From Saprolegnia diclina VS20 (lineage: Eukaryota): 20,000 bases of DNA. The position numbers were made by a program, and so were the translations under genes. Each line of letters begins with the position of its first letter. Positions within the stretch are counted from its first letter, which is position 1. The stretch is taken from the NCBI RefSeq assembly GCF_000281045.1, contig NW_008246070.1, forward strand, positions 1,331,845 to 1,351,844, written 5' to 3'. This document shows positions 10,259 through 20,000 of this stretch, one piece after another. Below the pieces are notes generated by a model, which worked only from the letters and a program-made list of their open reading frames with translations, was not told where the DNA came from and searched no databases.

Positions 10259-11760
10259 TTAGATGTAGACTTCTTGCGTCTCGGCGTCGTACGCGGGCGT
10301 CTTGAGGAGCATCTTGCCGCCGTCCATCTCGGGGGTTTTGACCATGGACGGGTGCGTGTTCTGGAAGAGGCGCGCCGTCACCGACACGGGCCGCGTCGCG
10401 TTGTTCTGCTCGCGCATCTGCAGGTCGTCTAATACGCGGTGGTGCGCGTGCGGGTCGTGGTGGTGCTTCTCGTCGTGCTTGTCGTCATCTACGCAGTAGC
10501 GATATGAGCCCCACTGCTTCATATCGACAAGGCTTGCGTACCGCGCTGGTTGTCGTACATGCCCGACGACGACGACGTCGGCGACGTGTGCATCATGCCA
10601 CTCGGCGGGTACATCATCATGTGCGGCGCGTCCGACGTGGACGAGTGACGGCGCAGGTGCTGCTGGTATTCGAACGGCGAGTGCTGGAATTCACCGGCAA
10701 AACCACCGCCGCTGTTGTTGTTGTTGTTGCTGGCAAACGGACCGGTCCCAAACTCCATGCCGTTGTGGTGGTTGCGCGGGTCGTACTCGCTGAGAAAGTT
10801 GCCGTTGTTGTTGTTGCCACTGCCGTCCATCTTGCCGTTGGCCGAGAGCACGAGCTTCTGGAACGGCGCGCCGCGAGGAAACATGTGATGAGCATCGCTG
10901 CTCGTCGGCGACACGATGAGCGACTGCGACCGCGGCTTCGTCTCGCGAGCGCAGCCCTTCTTCCGAAGCGATTGGCGCTGCATGCGGCGCATGGTCGAGT
11001 AATACCGGTTCTTGATGGCGTTGTCCGTGCTACGCAATGCTTGGATCCAATGGCAATGGATCCGACAAGACGTACCGGCCGGGCAGCATCTTGGAGATTT
11101 CCGCCCACTGGTTGCCGACGTTCTTGTGGCATTCAAAGATCACGTAATCCTCCTCCGCAGTCCACGCATCCTTCCGCACCGCAGGGTTAAGATGGTTGTG
11201 CCAGCTACACATGACATGAGTCTTTGGCGTGCATACAAGAGGTGCTGTACCGCTCGCGGCATTGCTTGCCGACGCGTCCTGGGAGGTGCATCGCGATGAG
11301 CGACCAGCGCTTGGCACCGTACTGCTTGACAAGCTGCATAAGCTTCTCGTTCTCTTCGCGCGTCCACGGCTTTTTGCTGTTGGCGTCGCCTTTCGAGCGC
11401 TTCACGTCGTCCTCTTCTTCATCGTCGTCCTGGTCGTACATGCGCTGCATCTAATAAATGGCGCAGTGAGGCTCAGGGACACCAAACGGAGCGCGAGATG
11501 CTGGCGCGTACAAGATGGTCGCTGGACTCCATGAGGCCGCCCATGTCGTGCGTGTTCATGGCGAGGCGCATGCTGTCGGCTGACTTGTCCTTGAGGTGCA
11601 TCGTCGGGTGCACCATGGCGCCGCCATGCTCGTGGGCCCGCTCGTGGTGCATGTGATGCGCCATGTGCGACTGCATTTGGAACTGCTCATGGAGGAGGCC
11701 CTGCATCTGCTGGTCGTGGCGGCCGTCGTGGTCGTCGTAAGCGTGGCCTTGGGCGTACAT
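10259..11760 (-). CDS. R2R3 Myb transcription factor (~431 aa, 5 exons)
   Basis: Exons 11760-11512, 11450-11251, 11204-11076, 11029-10542, 10488-10259. Two Myb repeats: KKPWTREENEKL...KRWSLIA...GKQCRERWHNHL and KDAWTAEED...GNQWAEISKMLPGRTDNAIKNRY. His/Met-rich N-terminus and Asn runs. Confidence 0.92.
10714..10816. repeat. Two short (GTT)n microsatellites encoding poly-Asn in the Myb protein
   Basis: (GTT)5 at about 10714-10728 and (GTT)4 at about 10804-10815 give NNNNN and NNNN on the minus strand. Confidence 0.7.
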
Positions 11761-11880
11761 GGCGATGGGCCGTTTCCTTGCCGTTATCGGTCGGGAAGGC
11801 TTTTTCGTTTCTGGATCCACGACGCGGTTGTACTCATAGATCTTAGAGGCATGGGCCCTCTGAAGGGGTGTTGGTGTTTT

Positions 11881-12602
11881 ATTGGCCAAAATCCGCGGCT
11901 TTGACATTTTTCATTGGCCCGCTCCTGTCCGCCCTAGCCCTAACAACAGTGATTGGCCAAAAAGCCGTCCACTTGTAACTTCTCTTTTTCGAATTTTCAA
12001 CGCATTGGGCTTTTGTATTGGAAACCTTCGTCGGTGCATTGAAAAATATGGAAATGCAAGGCGAGGGCGCAGATCGCGGGGATTATGGCCAATCAGAAGT
12101 CGCCGACTATTCCAAGCCGAAACCAAATGCGACCTTCGATTTCTTGGAGCAGGCTCGGCGTCGGAGAAGCTGCCAGCTGCGAACAGCAGGATGCCCACAC
12201 GTCAGGAACGCAAAGCAGCCAACCTCCGAGACGCAAGTGAAAGCATCCTGGAACGCACAAGCGTTTTCGGTAGCGTCGCGTGGGCCCTGCGGCCGGCGCC
12301 AACGCTCGGCGGTTTCTACGCCCGTTTCGAGCTCAAAACCAGCACGACGCGGATTGGCTGATTTTACGCCAATCAGAATCGCCTGGCAACCGATCTTTGG
12401 GCTCGGGAGATTCGTGGCTGCCGACTCGGCCCGTTCGACGAGTGGAGGTCGCGCCCAAGCGGCCGGCTCGACTCTCTGTCTCTCGGAGGGATGTCCTAGT
12501 AGCTGCGTCTTCCTCGACACTGACCTTGACTGGATCAGAGGCGCCCAGTGATAGCTACTTTCTGGCGCAAGATTTAACCGCTGCCCAATCAAGACGGCCA
12601 AT
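11881..12602. promoter_or_regulatory. CCAAT-box-rich upstream region of the Myb gene
   Basis: CCAAT/ATTGG at 11881, 11913, 11952, 12004, 12017, 12089, 12353, 12369, 12585 and 12598. GCCAATCAGAA occurs twice (12088, 12368). Confidence 0.55.
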
Positions 12603-12655
12603 CGAGTACAAAAATAATTTAAGGCTCCGCTTCCACCTTAAGTCCTGCGTGTACT

Positions 12656-15129
<2,474 letters not shown>

Positions 15130-16041
15130 GCTGCTGCTGCCGCCGGCCGACTTCTTTGGAAAATGAAAATCCCGTGGGAGCCGCACGATATGTAGGATCT
15201 TCTCTCCGGATACAGCGATATCCGGTACCCTACCCTAAACAGGACGTGACTTGCTTTTTGTATGCTGTGACCAACATTCAACGCGAAATCGGCCGAAATT
15301 TCGAGATATGGTTCCGCGCTTCCAGCGTCCACGTCACCACCGCGACGGGGCGATGCTTCGACCGACGACGACCGACGTGCATGGAGGAGGCCGCCCATGG
15401 AGGACACGCTCAATGGAGACGGTCAAGCATGGAGAAGGAGATGCAGGGAACACGAGGACGAGGAGCTGGAACCACGCCATGGGTGCGATCGACGGAGCGA
15501 CTGCGCATTGCTGGGCAGTTGGCACCGCCGGATACGTTGGTGCACCTGGCACGTCGGTTCGCTGGGCGCCCACATGCGCACCTGTTGCCCATTGCGGTCG
15601 CAATGACTGCGAGCTATGGGCGTGACGCCGCCGACGAAGTCTCGCGAAGCCGGTGCTGGCCATCGCAGAGTGCGCTCCATTGTGCAGGTACTAGACCGAT
15701 CCTCCTCTGCGGCCACGAGGTCCTTGGAACCGGTACGAGACCGTCAGCGACTGCCACGGAATGGATCCTAGCCATCTCCTTCCACGTCTCTTCCTCGCCT
15801 CGGCGTCCATGTCGATGACAGCATCCCCGTCGTCGTCCTGCCCCGGCACGCGCATGTGACCATCGCATCTTCGAGGACCTGTAGCATCGAGGAAAGGTCG
15901 ACCGTTTCGCACGCTACAAATGTCAAGTGCTTTTGGCCAGCGATAATTTGGCCGTGCCGAACCCACCGAGCTCGACCAATCCGGAGCAGGTGCATACTCT
16001 GGCCGAGTGTACGGTATCGTGGTCGGAGTGCAGATCGATCG

Positions 16042-17791
16042 ATGGTCTGGCTGCGCCTCCTCGTCGCCGGCGCCGCGACCGCCGTCGCCCACCACACGCT
16101 GCATTTGACGCGGCGCCTCGTCGTCAGCAGCAATGCGTCGTCGGTCGCAAGCGTCCCGCTCGAAAACTATGGCAACGTGCAGTACGTCGGCGAGCTCGCG
16201 TTCGGGTCGCCGCAGCAGAACCTCAGCGTCGTCTTCGACACGGGCAGCAGCGATACGTGGGTGCCGAGCATTGATTGCACGACCTGCGGCGTCCACGCCG
16301 CCTTTGACGCGGGCCTCTCGAGCACGTACCACAGCGCCAACGAACAATTTATGGACGCGGTCCGACCTTGCGCGTTGGAGTCTCGAGGCTCATGTATGCT
16401 TCCTGTAGTATGGCAGCGGCGCCGTGCGTGGCGTCATTGGCGTCGACACGATCGGCCTCGGCCCGTTCACAATCCCCAAGGCGCGCTTTGGCGTCGTGAC
16501 GTCCGAAACCAAAGCCCTCGAGGTACGATCGATGCGATGTCAAGTGATGGGCTCATGAATCTCTGCGCCCAGCTGTTCATTGCCGACGGTCTCGTGGGCT
16601 TGGCGTTCGAGAGTCTCGCCAAGATCACACGCCCGACGCTCTTCTCGCAGCTCATCCAGGACAACGTCCGGCATCGATGCTCTCACAACTCTAGTCACCA
16701 TCGTATCTCATGTGTAGCCGAAGCTGGGCAACATGTTTGCCTTTTACATGACGCCCGACCCAACGACACTCGGCTCACAGCTGCACCTGGGCGGCTACGA
16801 CCTCTCGGTCGTGGGGCCGAATGCGAGCTGGCACTATACGCCTGTGGTCAAACTCCCAGGTGATACCATCATCATCTATGATGCAGGGTGTCAACGCCGC
16901 TGTGCTAGACTTTGACACGTTCACGTACTGGGCCGTCAAGTACGCTGCTTCCTTTTCGCATCCTTCTTACTTCGCATCTTAGGATGAATGGCTTTGCGGT
17001 CGGGAACGCCACCACCAACTACTGCGCGCCGTTCTGCTTCGCCATTGTACTACGTCGCAAATGATGCCGTCGCGTCACGAGTCGACATGTAGGTCGACAC
17101 GGGCACGTCACTCATTAGCATTCCGGGCACACAGTTTGATGATGTTGTGGCGACCATCACGGCCGGCCTCAACTGCGACGGCGTCATGTGCTATGACGTG
17201 GCGCTCGCAAGTTTTCCAGCGCTGCGCTTTGGGATGGCACCCGACAACGTCTTTGAGCTGCAACCAAACGACTACGTGGCATGCATGGACAATGGCGCGT
17301 GCCGGCTCCAGCTTCAAAATTCCGGGTACGATAGTGTAATCTTTGTCGCTCACAGAACAGCGCGTCCTAGCGACGAAGCGTGGTGGGTCCTCGGTGATGT
17401 ATTTATGAAGACGTACTACACACTCTTCGACGCGGGCAACATGCGCGTCGGCTTTGCGTGCAACGACGGCGTCTGCAAGGGCGGGACCGGGCACATCCAC
17501 GGCGAAGACGACGACCGGACGTTCCTCATTTGGGAACACATATTCCTGTACGGCTCGATCTTTGCGGCGGCGACGCTCCTCCTCCTTGTGTTTTACATGC
17601 ACCAGCACAACGAGCCGTCATTGTCGCCGGCCGTGCATCTCCCAGCGACCAAGACGCACGCGATTCCAATCGTGCTGGCGGTCGAGCCGATCGACTCGGC
17701 GTCGCCGCTGCTGACGACCGAACGTCCGCTCGTCACGTCGTATGCGGAAGCGCGGCGCAACTACACGTCGCTGCCCGACTCGAAGGTCTAG
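16042..17791 (+). CDS. Membrane-anchored pepsin-like (A1) aspartic protease (~471 aa, 8 exons)
   Basis: Exons 16042-16359, 16409-16522, 16573-16665, 16718-16859, 16909-16939, 16983-17046, 17093-17325, 17371-17791 are in frame. Signal peptide, catalytic VFDTGSS and IVDTGTS, flap YGSG, DGLVGLAF, WVLGDVFM...FD..NMRVGFA, and a C-terminal TM helix (IFLYGSIFAAATLLLLVFYM). Confidence 0.9.
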
Positions 17792-17831
17792 AGTCCACGC
17801 TACGTCGAGATTTATAAAAGTAATTATCGAG

Positions 17832-19127
17832 TTACGGCGCAAGCGGAGGCACGTCGTCGTCCTCTTCGTCGCTGCTCACGTCGAGGAGGTTGATCTCGTT
17901 GGCCAGCGCGGCTGCACAGTCCTCGTCGACGTCCTCTTCGATGTGGATCGTTGTCGCGTCCTTGACCGGCGCCGGCTTGTCGAGCACCGACTCGAACACC
18001 GGTGCGGGCGCGGTGGGCGTCGACGTTGTTTGCTCGACGTCGTCGTTGGAGACGCCGAGCGACTTGGCGCGAATCTCGCCCCAATCGGGCTCCTCGCCTT
18101 CTTCGTCGCGAATGAGAAAGTCCACGAGCTTGTAAATCTGGTCGCTGATCTCGTCGTTGCCCTCGACAATGTGGGCGTTGCGCACGATCGGGTAGACCTT
18201 GCGCTGGCGCAGGACGTTGCGGCCGTTCCGGGACGAGCAGAAGAGGAGGAGGCACTCGACCGCGGCCTGGCGCACGGCGTTGTCGGACTCGCGCTTCTTC
18301 TTGGGACCGAGGCTAGCAAGCACGAGCGCGCTGAGCCCGTTCTTCTCTTCGATTTCGAGCGGCTCGGGCCCCACAAGGCGCTTTTGCATGTGGCCCACGA
18401 CGTCAAGCGAGTCGTAGAGGAAGAAGTGGTTGTCGCTGTCAAAGCAGAGGTTGCGCACGGCCTGCACGATCCCGCGACGACGGACAACGTTGGGCGAGTG
18501 GATCTGCGGCAAAAGCACCTGCACGAGAGCCTGCGGCGTCGACGACGACGCGGTCTTGCGCATCTGCAGGAGAAAGTCGCGGCCTTCCTCGAGCTGCGTA
18601 ATGTTGGCGAGCACGTTGGCAATGTACTGGTAGTCGTCGTCCCACTTGGGTTCGCCACTCGCGAGGTCGACGCCATCGGGCTCGGGCTCGGATTCGAGGA
18701 AGAGCATCGTAAGGTTCTGCAAGATGACCTCGCGGACCTTGTACTTGGTGTCGTTGGCCACGAGCGCTTTCGCGCCGTCCGGCGTCGTCGTCACGTTCGC
18801 CAGCAGCATCATCGAGAGGTCCTTGTGCGCAAAGTCCGAGTCGAGCTGGTTCATGAGGCGGTTCACAATGTCAAACTGCAGTGCGCTCTCGCACGCGACC
18901 GGGTGCGTCGCCGTGATGTTGACAAGCGCGTGGATCGCGTCGCGGGCGATCGTGTTGACGTCGCTCACGAGGCGGCAGAGCGCCTTGACCGCGTCCGCCT
19001 TGATGAGCTGGTGCACGCCGGCGTCCGTGGCCGTGAGCCCGAGCGCCAGCTGCATCGCCGACTGCCGCAGATCCGCGCGCGGGCTCGACAAGAAGCCAAC
19101 CAGCTCCGCCATCTCGTTCGACGCCAT
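17832..19127 (-). CDS. HGH1: HGH1 homolog (armadillo-like eEF2 chaperone, FAM203 family; ~431 aa, intronless)
   Basis: Start MASNEMAELVGFL at 19127. Motifs MLLANVT, YIANVLANITQLEEGR, RRRGIVQAVRNLCFD, KKRESD, GRNVLRQRKVYPIVR and an acidic tail match the HGH1 family as I recall it. Confidence 0.88.
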   Translation of the reverse strand: MASNEMAELVGFLSSPRADLRQSAMQLALGLTATDAGVHQLIKADAVKALCRLVSDVNTIARDAIHALVNITATHPVACESALQFDIVNRLMNQLDSDFAHKDLSMMLLANVTTTPDGAKALVANDTKYKVREVILQNLTMLFLESEPEPDGVDLASGEPKWDDDYQYIANVLANITQLEEGRDFLLQMRKTASSSTPQALVQVLLPQIHSPNVVRRRGIVQAVRNLCFDSDNHFFLYDSLDVVGHMQKRLVGPEPLEIEEKNGLSALVLASLGPKKKRESDNAVRQAAVECLLLFCSSRNGRNVLRQRKVYPIVRNAHIVEGNDEISDQIYKLVDFLIRDEEGEEPDWGEIRAKSLGVSNDDVEQTTSTPTAPAPVFESVLDKPAPVKDATTIHIEEDVDEDCAAALANEINLLDVSSDEEDDDVPPLAP

Positions 19128-19557
19128 GGTTGCACTTGGTTTTTCAATGACCAAACCAATGGTTGGCGCCGATTCAGTGTCTTGCCAATCGTATGCCATA
19201 CAATACACAAGATACAATATCAAAATCCACCTTTCATTTCCTCTGCCGACTACGAAGTTGGGACAATGCCAAGGACCTATGTAGAACAGAACACGGGCTT
19301 GGCAATAAGCAAGGCTCGGGGGATTGACCCTTGCAGTGTGTAGATCATGCAGTGGCTGCGATCGGAAGTATTTTCCAGCGTCCGATGCAGCATCCGACGC
19401 TGGAAAATGCTTCCTTGGTCGGTGTCATTGAAATGGACCAATCACCGCGCGGCGCTGGATCGGTTTCGGCCAATCAGATACCTTGGTTGACGGTGGAAGC
19501 ATCTTCCAGGCATTTTGGTCATCGCGCACCAAGCTCATCATTATTCCTTTGACCACC
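19128..19557. promoter_or_regulatory. Divergent (bidirectional) promoter between HGH1 and pirin
   Basis: 430 nt separate the head-to-head ATGs. CCAAT at about 19156, 19185, 19438 and 19470. An oomycete initiator-like TCATT...TTT lies at about 19535-19550, just before the pirin ATG. Confidence 0.45.
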
Positions 19558-20000
19558 ATGTTCACATCCCGATCCATTTCCAAGAGCTTTGTCTCGGTGG
19601 CCCAGCGCGAAGGCGTCGGCGCGACAGTCCGCCGGTCCATTGGCCACCCGATGCTGCGCCGCCTCGACCCGTTCTTGATGCTCGACGAGTTCCACGTGCA
19701 GCTCCCCGGTGGGTTTCCCGACCACCCGCACCGCGGCTTTGAGACCATCACGTACCTCTTGCCGCACTCGCCCGGCATGATGCTCCACGAAGACTTTTGC
19801 GGCCACCGCGGCGAGCTCGCGCCTGGCGACCTCCAGTGGATGTGCCCTGGCCGCGGTATTGTCCACTCGGAGATGCCAGCGAGCCGGAACAAGCCCGCGA
19901 TTGGCCTCCAGCTCTGGCTCAATTTGCCCAAGTCGCTTAAGATGACTGAGCCGAAATACCAGGAGATTCCGGCCAAGGGTCTCCCGCACGTCAAGGAAGG
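19558..20000 (+). CDS. Pirin (cupin) family protein, 5' part, truncated by the window end
   Basis: Not in the ORF track because it has no stop. Reads MFTSRSISKSFVSVAQREGVGATVRRSIG...LDPFLMLDEF...GFPDHPHRGFETITY...HEDFCGHRGELAPGDLQWMCPGRGIVHSEMP...GLQLWLNLP, with the pirin metal-binding HPHRG and HSE motifs. Confidence 0.95.
   Translation, partial: MFTSRSISKSFVSVAQREGVGATVRRSIGHPMLRRLDPFLMLDEFHVQLPGGFPDHPHRGFETITYLLPHSPGMMLHEDFCGHRGELAPGDLQWMCPGRGIVHSEMPASRNKPAIGLQLWLNLPKSLKMTEPKYQEIPAKGLPHVKE

Noticed and set aside
12380..12580. Possible structured ncRNA (e.g. GCGCCCAG...CTGGCGC stem)
   Set aside because: No tRNA, snRNA, snoRNA or SRP signature recognised, and the stems are within chance for GC-rich DNA. 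An Rfam search would settle it.
19286..19300. ACAGAACACGGGCTT resembling the RNase P/MRP CR-V motif
   Set aside because: I see no matching upstream CR-I (GAAAGTC-like) element, and there is little room before the HGH1 start.
17742..19343. 533-aa ORF antisense to HGH1, and similar shadow ORFs over the HECT genes
   Set aside because: Same codon-bias artefact, with V/L/R-rich shadow translations.

Overview
Gene-dense, GC-rich eukaryotic DNA. It is most likely from an oomycete (Saprolegniales-like; this is an inference from gene content, the flagellar DRC8 gene and intron style, not a database result). I reconstructed 11 protein-coding genes by hand, and every spliced model closes in frame: an aldo-keto reductase (L-galactose/D-arabinose dehydrogenase type), two tandem membrane-anchored RanBP2-zinc-finger HECT E3 ligases, an EFCAB2/DRC8-like EF-hand protein, a small TPR protein, a PX-domain protein, an R2R3 Myb factor, CDC48/p97, a membrane-anchored A1 aspartic protease, HGH1 and a truncated pirin. 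I found no transposon, RNA gene or CRISPR array. The most striking signal is in the 30 inferred introns. All are 40-62 nt, 29 of 30 end in TAG, most lack a polypyrimidine tract, many carry a CTCAY-type branch motif, and many can fold into hairpins, often pairing their own 5' and 3' ends. Other points of interest are a precise intron presence/absence difference and a 125-nt identical tract between the HECT paralogs, a probable GC-AG intron, and a cluster of 10 CCAAT boxes upstream of the Myb gene. Intron calls are predictions without RNA data.
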